From the human T2T-CHM13v2.0 reference genome, Homo sapiens, in NCBI RefSeq assembly GCF_009914755.1, contig NC_060928.1: a stretch of 64,000 nt of DNA. One strand, given 5' to 3'. Each line of letters opens with the position of its first letter. Within the stretch, counting starts at the first letter, position 1. The position numbers and the translations under genes are program-made. The notes under the pieces were generated by a model. That model was not told the origin of the DNA. It made no database searches and saw only the letters and a program-made list of their open reading frames with translations. Shown here piece after piece: positions 1 to 13,470 of the stretch.

Positions 1-388
1 CCTAGGTGGTTCACCTGAGTTAGCCATGTATTCTTCCCTATCCCCATTCTATAACTGCAGTCCTTCTTTTTGCTGATCAGCATCAGTTACTCTACAAGAT
101 CATGTCTCCTCTTCTTGCCTGCTGCTTCCTGGGCACAAGATGCCCAAGGTGCCTAAGTGGCAGCCATAGCTTGTAGTTCAGTGAGACACTTGCTGTTTTC
201 CTTGGTGAGTATCCTAGTGCATGCACATCGGTTTTTAATAGTATTGCTGCCGAGCTGGAGATTCAGTGGTGCCTTCAGTGAACATTCCAGCACTTTTAGC
301 TGACAGCTTCTGGATAGTGCATGCATAATATGACCAGAGGACCCCATGTTCATGAACACTCTGCTGTATCTATTTTCTATACAATGGG
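1..388 (-). mobile_element. Degraded ERVL-class internal sequence, integrase region
   Basis: Minus-strand translation near 270-335 gives WSY..HYPEAVS*KCWN, resembling the ERVL integrase motif WSYHVPHHPEAAGLIERWNG. Contains frameshifts and stops. Interrupted by the MSTA insertion. Confidence 0.6.
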
Positions 389-2819
389 TATATCAGTTCA
401 TTCTTACACTGCTGTAAAGAAATATCTGAGACTGGGTAGTTTATAAAGAAAAGAGGTTTAATTGGTTCATGATTCTGCAGCCTATACAGGAAGCATGGTG
501 GCATCTGCTCAGCTTCTGGGGAGTCCTCAGGAAACTTACAATTATGGCAGAGGGTGAAAGGGAAGCTGGCACTTTACATGGCCAGAGCAGGAGGAATAGA
601 AAGTTGGGGAGGTGCCACACACTTTTAAACAACCAGATCTCTTGAGAATTCACTATTGCAAGGAGAGTACCAGGGGGAAATCTGACCCCATTATCCAATC
701 ACCTCCCACCAGGCCCCACCTTTCTTCACTGGGGATTACAATTTGACATGAGATTTGATGAGGACACAGATTCAAACCATATTATTCTGTCCCTGGGCTC
801 CCCAAATCTCATGTCCCTCTCACATTGCAAAACACAATCATGCCTTCCCAACAGTCCCCCAAAGTCTTAACTCATTCCACTATTAACCCAAAAGTCCACA
901 GTCCAAAGTCATCTGAAACAAGGCTAGTCCCTTTTGCCTATGAGCCTGTAAAATCAAAAACAAGTTAGTTACTTCCAGGATACAATGGGGGATAGGCATT
1001 AGGTAAGTACCCTTGTTCCAAAAGGGAGAAATCGGCCAAAAGAAAGGGGCTACAGGCCCCAGGCAAGTCTGAAACCCAGCAGGGCAGTCATTAAACCCTA
1101 AAGCTCCAAAATAATCTCCCCTGACTCCATGTCTTACATCCAGGGCATGCTGATGCAAGGGGGGCTCCCAAGGCCTTGAGCAGCTCCACCCTTGTGGCTT
1201 TGTGGCTTCACCCCCACAGCTGCTCTCATGTGCTGGCGTTGAGTGCCTGTGGCTTTTCCAGGCACAGGGTGCAACTTTTGGTGGCTCTACCATTCTGAGG
1301 TCTGGAGGATGGTAGCCCTCTTCTTACATCTCCACTAGGCAGCGCCCCAGTGGGGCCTCTGTGTGAGAGCTCTAACTCCACATTTCCCTTCCTCACTGCC
1401 CTAGAAGAGGTTCTCCATGAGGGTTCTGCCCCTGCCGCAGGGTTTTGCCTGGACATCCAGGCTTTTTCATATATCCTCTGAAATCTGAGTAGAGGTTCCC
1501 AAGCCTCAACTCCTCCATTCTGTGCACTTGTAGTCCTAACACCACATTGAAGCCATCAAGGCTATGGCTTGCATCCTCTGGAACAATGGCCTGAGTTATA
1601 CCTGAGCCCCTTTGAGCCACAGCTGGAGCTGGGGTGGCTGGGGTTTGGGATGCAGGGACTGGTGTCCTGAAACTGCACAGGATAGCGGGGCACTGGGCTT
1701 AACACATAAAATTGTTCAGTCCTCCTAGGCCTCCAGGCCTGTGATGGGAGGGGCTGCCACGAAGGTCTCTGGAATGCCTTTTGAGGCCTTTTCCCCATTA
1801 TCTTGGCTATTAGCACCTGGCTCCTTTTTTGTTATACAAATTTCTGCAGCCTGCTTGGATTTCTCCCCCCAAAATGAGTTTTTCTTTTCTATCACATGGC
1901 TAGGCTGCAAATTTTCCAAACTTTTATACTCTGTTTCTCTTTTAAATATAAGTTCCAGTTTTAGATTATGTCTTTGCTCACACATATGAACATAGGTTTT
2001 TACAAGCAGCCAGGACATATCCTGAATGCTTTGTGCTTAGAAATTTCTTCTGCCAAATACTCTACATCATCATTCTCAAATTAAAAGTTCCACAGATCCC
2101 TAGAGCCAGGGCACAATGCAGCCAAGTTCTTTGCTAGGACATAACAAAGTGATCTTTGCTCTAGTTTCTAATAAGTTGCCTCTTTCAATCTGAGACCACT
2201 TCAGCCTACCTTCACTATTCATATCACTATCAGCATTTTGGTTACAATCATTCAACAAGTATCTAGGAAGCTTTAAGATTCCCCTCATTTTCCTGTCTTC
2301 ATCTGGGTCTTCCACATTTTTCCCATTATCCAGTTTCAAACCTCTGCCCATTACCCAGTTCCAAAGCTGCTTCCACATTTTCTATTATCTTTATAGCAAT
2401 ACCCAACACCTAGTACCCATTTTCTGTATCAGTCCATTCTTGCATTGCTATAAAGAAATAACTAAGACTGGGTAATTTATAAAGAAAAGAGGTTTAATTG
2501 GCTCATGATTCTTCAGACTGTATAGGAAACAGGGCAACATTTGCTCAGTTTCTAGAGAGACCTCAGGAAACTTACAATCTGCTGAAAGGTGAAGGGGAAG
2601 CCAGCATTTCACACAGACTTAGCAGGAGGAAGAGAGAGATGGAGGAGGTGCCACACATTTTTAAGCAACCAGATCTCACAAGAACTCACTGTCACAAGGA
2701 CAGTACTATGGGGAAATCTGCCCCCATGATCCAATCACCTCCCAACAGGCCTCACCTCCAACACTGGGGATTACAGTTTGGCATGAGACTTGGTGGGAAT
2801 GCAGATTCAAACCATACGA
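389..2819 (-). mobile_element. Full-length MaLR provirus (MSTA LTR - internal - MSTA LTR)
   Basis: Two similar LTRs of about 395 bp (389-783, 2425-2819) flank about 1.6 kb of MaLR internal sequence. 5-bp TSD ATGGG at 384-388 and 2820-2824. Confidence 0.9.
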
Positions 2820-2924
2820 ATGGGTTCCCTGGTCGGGATGCAACTTTGTATTGGATTTGATGCTTGTGTAGCAGGCGTTCAATGAGTCCCCAGATAGCAG
2901 TGCTGGCTAAGGCCGAAGAGGAGA

Positions 2925-3019
2925 AAAGCCAAACTCTGGAGTTGTGAGAAAATATATTTCTGTTTTAAGCCATCCTCTCTGTGATACTTTATTATAGCAG
3001 TCCTAGAGAACTAACACAT
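2925..3019 (+). mobile_element. MLT1-type LTR 3' fragment
   Basis: Typical MaLR LTR end: tgtgagaaaatatatttctgttttaagcc...ttatagcagtcctagagaactaacaca. Confidence 0.6.
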
Positions 3020-5230
3020 TGAGTAAGGCTGTAGTATATCAGGGAAAATGTATGAAGTGGCAGGCCCCCAGAGCTTTGTAGGGTTTATCTGCCCTCCTCT
3101 GGAGTGACCATGCCTTTTGAAAGCCAGGTACTACTCATTTCTTGTTCATCCTTTCCAATCAGCGTGATGTCACTGATGGAATCAATCAATGTGAAGTTCT
3201 GTGGGATGCCCAACCAGCCCAGATTCCATTATGACAGAGGACAGGAGAATAAACATAACCCCGAGACAAAATTGTAAATACATGTTATTGTCTGTTTAAT
3301 GAGAAATCAAACTGATTTTGACTTTATTTCCTAATTGAGGCAGAAAAGAACTTATTCACGAAATCAATAGCTACATAGTATCTATCTGAAGACACATTAG
3401 TCTGTTCCAGCAAGTAGCACTGCAACTGCAATTAGGGCTACTACTTGGAGGAGCTTGTGGTAGTCTACACTTATTCTCCAGGATTCAACATGGGGGTTGT
3501 GCCAGCTGCCATGTATGACAATCTGAATTAGACATTTCAGTCAATGATCCCTGAGTGGCTGCATAGACACAGTGGACCTAACCCTTGCATAGACACAGTG
3601 GACCTAACCCCAAGGGTTAGGATAAACTAACCCTTGGCCAGGACTCCATTTCTCATCTGACCCCCATAAGCTTCCACTCTAAGAGCGGGGCCACAGTGAT
3701 TCTTTGGATCTCTAGATACCAGTCTCAGCTTGAATGCAGATTGAATGCAGATTCAGTAGTCCATTAACTGTGTGGGTATTACATTTTCCTTTGTGTGTAC
3801 TCATTTGAGTAAATGCCCATAGGTCTCTTTGGGGGAGAAGAGAATCACTGCAATGAATACTTGCTATGGTGAATACTGCATGTGGTCACATATTTAGTCA
3901 ACAAGTTCTTGGTCTAAAAACTGAATGATATATGGCAGTGCATCGTGCTTTTTTACTGGAATGGCTGCCTTCAACCTCAAGTAACCATCTTTAATTTCTA
4001 ACTATGATACAAATTGAGTTATTCCTTTATTGATTGCCCATCTGTTTTGTTCAAGGATTACCATGTTCTATAAACCATCTTCATAACTTTCTGCAGTGCC
4101 CTTGGTGGTCATTGGGCACATTACATCATTGGTCCTTATGATAATTACAAGTCCCTGGTGTCTTATGGTTAAGTTCCATCACTTAGCTTCTGTTGCATCA
4201 AGGTACTATTATGCCCATTGTGCTTAGGGTAGCCTAGGTATGCAACAAGGCTTTTCTGCATTCAGCCCTGGAATGCATTGGAGAGCCATCACTGAACTTC
4301 TTAATGATTCTGATGCTTCAGTAACTAGCACATTTTTTATGCTATTAACGACTGGCTATCTTCTGGGTTCTTCTATAGACCATGATCTTCCGGTGAGTTT
4401 TCTGGTCTCACACAATATGTTTCTTCTAGGATTGCCATTTTCCTGAGCATTTTCCTCTCTTCTTCAAAAGTCTCTCTCTGAAATTTAGGCCTTTGAACTG
4501 CACTCAGTGTAGGCCATTGCTTGTTCCAGGTTTCTTGGAGTCACGCTAGCAGAGTTTGCCTCATCTTCTGGGGTCCGTACCAGAATGCAATGCCCTGTGT
4601 TCTGAGAAAGTGTCATGTGAATAAACTCTGACTTATTTAGTCTTATTTCTGCTTTCTCTGACCTAGAATCCCCAGAATCTAGTCCAATGAGTCCCTCTAG
4701 TCTTGTTGGTACAAGTCCTAGGTCTTGTAGTATATGTGGGATAATATTCCTTTTTTTCTTATCAGACCTACCATGTCCCTATCTGTGACTTGACCATATT
4801 ATCAGCCTGGTGGCCAGAAGTGTAACTCTGATAAGGGAACTGGGGATATCTCCTGAGGCACACACCTGCTTTTATGTGGGAGAAAGGCCTCTATTTTCTT
4901 TACATTGCTGCTGCTAGTTGTGGGGGTTTGCTAGCTCTTACTGAAGAGCAGTGGGCTACTTCTTCAGGCTCAGAAGATTTAGAGATCTGGAAAGGTCAAA
5001 ATTTTCAAAAACATCTACTCATTTGTCCCAATCCCATGTGTCAGGAGCTGCGATTTTCCTAATCAGAGCTCTGATTTTGGTGTAACATACTTGCCCCTGC
5101 TGAACATTTGACTGCCTTTGGAACTCATTCACTGTGACTGTCAAATCCTGGCTTGATCTTCATCTTATTCTGCTTGTCCACTGCATGAAATGAGGGCTTC
5201 TTTATAAGCTAGCTAATAGACTCTGTGCCT
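3020..5230 (-). mobile_element. Degraded ERVL internal sequence (gag-pol, reverse transcriptase motifs)
   Basis: Minus-strand translations AIDFVNKFFS (~3345-3375), RGYVYSPVLCHN (~3225-3265) and LIDSISDITLIG (~3155-3190) match ERVL RT motifs AIDLANAFFS, QGYINSPALCHN and HYIDDIMLIG. Gag-like sequence at ~4340-4560. Confidence 0.75.
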
Positions 5231-7092
5231 CTTGAGACTTTGAATACCTGAAATATCCTATTGGCTAGGGAATTCCCCTTCAGTGGCATGGCATCCCAGC
5301 TTAAAACATATGAATCTTTTATATGTTTGCATATGACTTTGTCCTTGGCCTGTTTGCATATGACTTAACTGCGGGGATGTGGCCAGGGATGTGGACCTCA
5401 TTACATCTTATTCGACTTGCCCACTTCATGAAATGAGGGCTTCCTTGTAAGCTAGAAAAGAGACTCTGGCAAATTCAGTGCTAGAGTGGCTCCAAGAAAC
5501 CTGGAACAAGCAATGGCCCGCACCAAGTGCAGTTCAAAGGCCTAAATTGCAGAGAGAGACTTTTGAGGAAGAGATTAAAAGGCTCAGGAAAATGGCAATG
5601 CTGGAAGGGACATATTGTGTGAAACCAGAAGACTCACCAGAAGATCGTGGTCCATAGAAGAGCACAAAGGATACCCAGTAATTAAGGCCATTAACTTTTG
5701 CATTATTAACCTATAGGGCATCAATGCAATTTAACAACTAATTCCATTGTTCTTGTATTCATTATTCTCACATACATTTTGAATGCCTGAAACATCCTAT
5801 TGGCTAGGGCATTCCCCTTGAATGGCATGGCATCCCAGCTTACCACATGTGAATCTTTTAACAACTGGACCATACCTTGTGTTGGGCCTGTCTGCACATG
5901 ACTTCATTCCAGGGATGTGTCTGGGGATGTGGACCTCATTACCAGAGAACTCATGGTGAGTGATCCAATCCTCAAGCCTCATCTTGCTGTTTCAGGCTGA
6001 TCCACATGCAGTCTGTCACAGACTAGCCTCTCTGAAATAAAGTCGAGAATTCAAAACGTTAATTGAGAAGTATTAAACATAAAAGGAAAAGTGTGGAGGC
6101 AAGGTTGAACAAGGGCAGCTTTCAGACCTTAATGCCCATGGGCAAAGTCTCTTCCAAACTAGTGAAGGGAATGCAAAGCAAAGATTGCCTGCTAGAGGGG
6201 CGCCACATTTGGTGGAAATGGTTAGGTTCTTGAACCACCAGTTTACTCAGTGCTTTGTGTGGGCCACCCAGAAAACAATATGTCATGAGCTCAATTGCTG
6301 AGGCTGACAAAGAAAGAGTTAAGAACCAGAAGGTGTCAGCTGACTCTACTACTCCTAGCTAGGTAGCACATCCATTATTTTTTATAATTCGTTTTTGAAA
6401 GTTAGATGTATTGATGTTTTAAAGTGTGTAATTCAATGAGTTCTGACAAATGTATACAGTAGTGTCAGTCTCACCACAATCAGGGTAACATTTTCATTAC
6501 CGCAAAAAGTTTCCTCATGCCTCACTGTATTCTTTGTAGCCCCTGACAAACCAGCCATATGATTTCTGTCCCTATAGTTTTGCCTTTTTTTTAGAATGTC
6601 ATATGAATGGAATCATAAATTATGTTGTCTTTTTTTCACTAATCATAAAGCTTTTGAAGCTTTTCTATATGGTTGCATGAATGAGAGTTTGCTTTTTTAT
6701 TGTTGAGTAATATGGCATTTTCTAGGTGGATAATAGTTTGTGTACATATCTGTTTTCCAGTCGATGGATAATTGGGCTGTTTCTAGTTTTTGGCTTTTCC
6801 AAATAAACTTCCTGTAAATATTTTAAAAAGATCTTTTTAAGGAAATATGTTTTCATATATCTTAAGTATATATCCAGGAATGTGATTACTGATTCGTGTG
6901 GCAGCTGTATATTTAATTTTATAAGATACTGTTAAATTGTTTGCAAAGTGTCTGTATCGTTTTACTCTCTCCTTAGCAAGGTGTTAGAGTCCCAGTGGTC
7001 TATTTATTTAAGAACACATGGTATTGACAGTTAAAAAAATTTAGCCAGTAAGGCAGGTGTATTTCCCTAATGACTAATGATGCTGAACATCT

Positions 7093-7364
7093 TTCTTCTT
7101 CTTCTTCTTTTTTATTGAGATGGAGTTTCACTATTGTCACCCAGGTGACAATGCAATGGCATGATTTTGGCTCACTGCAACCTCTGCTTCCCAGGTTGAA
7201 ACGATCCTCCTGCCTCAGCCTCCTGAGTAGCTGGAATTACAGGTGCCCGCCACCACGCCTGGCTAATTTTTGTATTTTTAGTAGAGACAGCGTTTAACCA
7301 CATTGGCTAGGCTGGTCTTGAACTCCTGACCTCAGGTGATCCACCCACCTCGGCCTCCCAAAGT
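7093..7364 (-). mobile_element. AluS element, 5'-truncated
   Basis: Reverse Alu dimer with (TTC)n/T tail; flanks tgaacatcttt / tgagcatcttt form a probable TSD. Confidence 0.9.
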
Positions 7365-8232
7365 GAGCATCTTTTTATGTGCTTATTTTCCATGCATATC
7401 TCTTCTTTGGTGAAATGTTTTATTGATTTTAAGTGTTCTTTATATATTCCAGTTACAATTTTTTCATCAGATATGAGTCTTGCAAATATTTTTTCAACAT
7501 CTGTACCTTGTCTTTTTATTTCCTTAATAGTGTCTTTTGAAGAGTAGATTTAAATTTTGATAAACGCCAGTTTATCAGTTTTTCTTTAAGGTTCATGTGT
7601 GTGTGTATTTCTGCGTGTCCTATGTAAGAATTATTTGAATTCCTAGTTACAAGTATCTTTTCTATATTTTCTTTTAAAACTTTAGAGTTCTAGGTTTCAC
7701 ATTTAAGTTTGTATTAATAATTTATTTTAAACTAATTTTGTAAATTTTGTTAGGTAAGAGGCTTTTTATTTTCTAATTTAAATATCCAACTGTTTCAGCA
7801 CTATTTATTGAAAAGACTATTCTTTTTCTATTGAATTTTGTAGGTACTTTTGTTGAAAATTCTTTGACTGTATATGTACCTGTCTATTTTTTGTGGATTT
7901 CTATTCTATTCCACGGATTTATATGTCTATCTTTATGCCAACATCACATTGCCTTTAAGTCTTAAAATCAGGTAATATGAGTCCTCAAACTTTTTTTTTT
8001 TAATTGCTTAAAATTCTGGTTCCCTTGCTTTTCCATATAAAGTTTAGAATCACCTAAATTTGTAGAAATCATCTTGTTGATTCCTACAAATAAGCCTGCT
8101 GGGATTTTGCTAAAATAGTTATCAATTTGGAGAGAATTACATCTTAACATATTGAGTCTTTTGATCTATGAATGCTGTAAATCTCTTCATTTATTTGGGT
8201 TTTATTTATTTCTCTCACGAATGTTTTATAGC

Positions 8233-8574
8233 TGTATTGATCCTAATAAAGACATACTTGAGACTGGGAAGAAAAAGAGGTTTAATTGGACTTATAGTTT
8301 CACATGGCTGGGGAGGCCTCTGAATTATGGTGGGAGGTGAAACGCACTTCTCACATGGCAGTGGCAAGACAATAATGAGGAAGAAGCAAAGGTGGAAACC
8401 CCTGATAAACCCAACAGATCTGATGAGACTTATTCACTATCACAAGAATAACATGGGAAAGATTGGTCCCCATGATTCAATTACGTCCCCTGGGGTCCCT
8501 CCCACAACACCTGGGAATTCTGGGAGATACAATTAAAGTTGAGATTTGGGTGGGGGCACAGCCAAACCATATCA
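8233..8574 (-). mobile_element. THE1A solo LTR
   Basis: TGTATT...ccaaaccatatCA termini; 5-bp TSD ATAGC at 8228-8232 and 8575-8579; closely matches the THE1A LTRs at 30386 and 32315. Confidence 0.9.
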
Positions 8575-10867
8575 ATAGCTTTCAGTATCTTGCAAATATT
8601 TTGTTAGATCTGTCCCTAGAAATTTCATTTTTTAATGCTCTTGTAACTAGAATTTTTAAAAGTCACTTTCTAATTGATTATTGATAGTATATAGAAATAA
8701 AATTGATTTTTCTCTGTTAACCTTTCATCATGCAACTTTCTTAAACTTATCAGTTCTACTGGCTATTTTTTGTGTGGTTTTGTATGCAGAAGATCATAAA
8801 TTAAACCTTTTATTTCTCTATATCTAATTTGTATGCTTTTATTATTATTATTTATTTTTCATTCTTTAATGCACTGCATGAAACCTCCAAGATAATGTGT
8901 AATAGAAGTAGAGAAGGGGATATTGTTTTTTTTTTCAGTTTTAAGAAGAAAGCATTCTCTCATTATTAAATATGTTAGCTCTAGTGGGTTTTTTTGTAGA
9001 TACTGTTTATCAGTTTGAGGAAGTCTCCTACTAATCCTAGTTTACCAAGAGTATTTGACATGAATGGATATTAAATTCTGTCAGATGATATTTTTCTGTT
9101 GATTGAAACAATCTTATGGTTTTTCAGGTTCTTTACTTTTAGTTTGTTGATAAAGTGATTTACATTGATTGATTTTTCACAGGTTTAACCAACTTGCATT
9201 CATGGGAGAAACCCAGTTTGCTCATTGTGTATATAATGTTGGATTAAGTATGCTAATATTTTGTTGAGAATTTTTACATCCACTTAATTAAGTAATTAAT
9301 TAATTTTGATATTGTGTTTATTTTTTCATTCATTTTATGTATTTGTCTTTAGTCTTTTTGTAAGGCCTTTTCTGATTTTCTATCAGTGTAATTCTGGCTT
9401 CAGAAATAATTTAGGATGTTTTACTTGCTCTTCTACTTTTTGGTAATTTGTAGAGTTGATGTTATTTCTTCCTTAATTGATTGGTAGAGTTCACCAGTGA
9501 AGCCTTCTACCACTGGAGTTTTCTTTGAGAGAAGGCTTATAACTACAAACTCTATTTTTAAAATAGATAATAGGGAAAATCAGGTTCTTTCTTTCAAAAT
9601 ATGTTTGTAGTTTGTATCATTCAAGGTATTTGTTCATTTCACCTAATCAATCTATAGGCATAAAGTCATTCTTAATATCATGTTATCATTTTAATATATG
9701 TAGTAGAAAGTGTAGGGATATTCATTTTTTATCTCTGATATTAGTAGGTCATTTTTAATCTATCAGTTTTAATGATCTTTTTGAAGAACCAGCTTTTTAA
9801 CATGAATTGTTTTCTCTACTATTTTGTTGTTTTCTGTTTTATTGATTTCTGCTCTTATTTTTATTATTTCTTCCTAGTTGCATTGTAATTAATTTGTTTT
9901 AGTTTTCTAGTGCTTTAATGTAGAATATTAGTTTATTGATTTTAAACTATTCTTCTGCTATATAAACTTGAAATTCCATATGTTTTCCTCTATGCACTGA
10001 TTTAGTTGGATTTCACAAATTTTGAAGTTTGATGTTTGTTTTTCATTTCTATGTTTATTTTAATTTTCACTCAATTCAAAGGCTTTATAATTTCCTTTAT
10101 AACTCTTGAAGTATGTTGTTTAACCTCTAAATGTTAGAAAATTTTTCAAAATGTCATTATGATATTAATTTCTAGTTAAATTCTATTATGGAAAGAGAGT
10201 ATTTTATATTCTTTATGATTTAATTTGTTTACATTTATTGACATTTACTTTATCTCCCAGTATATGGTCTATCTTAGTTGATGTTACAGGTTCACTTGCA
10301 TGTGTATTCCCTCTTGTAGGTGTATTTTTAGAATTACTATTCTAAAAATAGCAATTAAGCCAAGTTGCTTGATTGTGTTGTTCAGGCCTACTGTATCCTT
10401 ACTGATTTCCTGTCTACTTATTCTAGCTATTACTTAGAGATGAATGTCGTTATGTCCAACTATAATTATAGGTTTATCTGTATCTTTTAAAATACTATCT
10501 TTTTGATTTATGTATTTTGATATTCTGATGCTAGATACATATGCTTCATGATTTTTTATTTCTTCTTGAAATAAAATTGAGCTATATCATTGTTCAATAT
10601 CATCTTCACTCTTGGCAAGATTTTTCTGATATTTATATAGACACTCAAGCTTTCTTTTAAACAGTATTTGCATAATATTTTTTCCATCCTAGCCTCTTTG
10701 AGCCTAAAATACATTTACAAAGCTTAAAATAAATTTACAGAGAAAACTATATAGACAAAATCCAATATTGGTGACAGCTCGCTAGTGATTAATTAAAGAC
10801 CAAATAAAATTACATTTAAAAAATTATGACAGTTTTCTTCAGAATATTATTTAGATTGTGTCTCACA

Positions 10868-11226
<359 letters not shown>

Positions 11227-12199
11227 TAATCGTCTACAATCTGTTGTAAGCAAAAAGATCTCTTCTAAGATTTTGTTCCACTTTACTTGACCTCTGCTAC
11301 TGCTTTTAATGAGAGTTTATGCATTTCTTAAAATGTTCCCTTTCTTTGGCCTTTATTACTTTGTAGCCTATTTGTCTTCTAGATATTCTAATATCTAGTA
11401 TAATTGTTTTACCATTTCCTTTTCTCTCACTAATTTGGATCTCTCCCAAATGACATTTCTCTCATTTACACCTCTTTTATATTCCACTACTTCAATATGT
11501 CACACACTTTTATGTCTTCTATTAACTTTGGTCAGATGTTCAAGCATGTCTGTTCTTCTGGGCTTTTAGCTCCATATCTACTTCTTATTGTTACTTTTTG
11601 TCAAACCAATAACAAAATGCCTTTAAAAATAGCTCATTATTTTTCTTTCACTGAATTCTATTTCCCATGCCAAAATGCCATTTTTATTATGATAATACCA
11701 TATTTTTGGCCCTATAGATTTTATATTTTAGAGTGTCTTCAAAATCTCCTTGATGAAAATTCTAATTGGTAATGAAAAATGGACTCTTGCTGATTCTTTT
11801 ATTTATAATTACTCTTAACATATACATTTTTAAAATTCTTGTAAATCGCTAATCCAGTCAAACCAGTTGACTTGGTTTGTTGCAATGCCTTACCTGGTTG
11901 TTCAGTCTCAACATCCTTCATAGTTCATTATGATCTGCTGCCCGATTATGCTTCTGGGAAATAGTTTCAAAACATTTCCTTCCTCCTGTTCCTTTTTCCT
12001 TCTACTATCTTCCTTCTATCTATCAGCTATCTATAGTCTGCATTCCTACAAAAGAATTTGAGGCAATTAACAAGGGAAATGTGTATATCTTATGACAAAA
12101 AGATTTTAAAAGATGGAGAGAAAGAAAAGGTTGAAGAAATGGAGTGAAGCTGAGGTTGAGGTTAGTGTTCAAAATGTATGCCAGATTTAAAAGAGAAAA

Positions 12200-13470
12200 A
12201 TAAGCTAGCCATAGGCAAAAGATTGAAACTGGACCCCTTCCTCACACCATATTCAAAAATCACCTCAAGATGGATTAAAGGCTTAAATGTAAAACCAAAA
12301 ACTATAAAAACTCTGGAAGACAACCTAGGCAATACCATTCTGGACATAAAATGGGCAAATATTTCATGATGAAGAAAGCAATTGCAATGTAAGCAAAACT
12401 GCTTGTCAGTCAACAGCAATTGCAATGAAAGCAAAAACTGACAAATGAGACCTAATTAACTACAGTGTTTCTGCATAACAAAAGAAACTCTTAACAGAGT
12501 AAGCAGACAACCTACAGAATTGGAGAAAATTTTTGAAAACTATGCATCTGACAAAGGTCTACTACCCAGTATCTATAAGGAACTTAAACAAATTTACAAG
12601 AACAAAACAAGCCCATTAAAAAGTAGGCAAAGGACATGAACAGACACTTTTCAAAAGAAGACATACATGTGGCCAACAAGGATATGAAAAAAGGCTCATA
12701 TCACTAATCCTTAGAGAAATGCAAATCAAAACCACAAATGAGAATATCTCACACAAGTCAGAATGGCTATTACTAAAAAGTCAAAAAATAACAGGGTGTG
12801 GAGAAAAGGGAACACTTATACACCGTTGGGGGGACTGCAAATTAGTTCAACCATTGTGGAAAGCCTCGTGGCAATTCCTCAACAAGCTAAAAACAGAACT
12901 ACCATCTGACCCAGCAATCCCATTACGGGTTTATATTTATATTCCCAAAGGAATATAAATCATTTTATCATAAAAACACTTGCACATGTATGTTCACTGC
13001 AGCACTGTTCACAATTGCAGAAATATAGAATCAACTTAAATGCCCATCAATGACAGACTGGATAAAGAAAATGTGGTACATATACATCACAGAATACTAT
13101 GCAGACATAAAAAATAATTGGATTATGTCCTTTGCAGGGACATAAATGGATATGGAGGGCATTATCCCTAGCAAGCTAATGCAGCAATAGAAAACCAAGT
13201 ATTGTATGTTCTCACTTATAAGTGGGGGCTAAATGATCAGAACACACTGACACAAAGAGGGGAATGACAGACACTAGGGCCTACTTGAGGGTGGAGGGTG
13301 GGAGGGGGAAGAGGAACAACAACAACAAAATAACTATTGGGTACTAGGCTTAGTACCTGGGTGACAGAATAATCTGTATATCAGACCCCTGTGACATAAG
13401 TTTACTTATGGGACAAACCTGCACATGTACCCCAGAATATAAAATGAAAGTTTAAAAATAAAAAAAGAAA
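12200..13470 (+). mobile_element. 5'-truncated L1 (old L1PA, about L1PA15-16), ORF2 end and 3' UTR
   Basis: ORF2 C-terminal peptides ([22 protein letters not shown]), 3' UTR gggtactaggcttagtacctgggtgac, A-rich tail. Confidence 0.85.

Larger units (their letters stand above)
6390..10700 (-). mobile_element. Old L1M (L1MC/MD/ME-like) fragment, 3' UTR and ORF2, with nested Alu and THE1A
   Basis: T-rich antisense L1 ORF2 and 3' UTR motifs throughout; heavily diverged. Confidence 0.75.

Noticed and set aside
883-2378. ORF cluster here and at 30870-32136
   Set aside because: Decayed MaLR internal ORF fragments.
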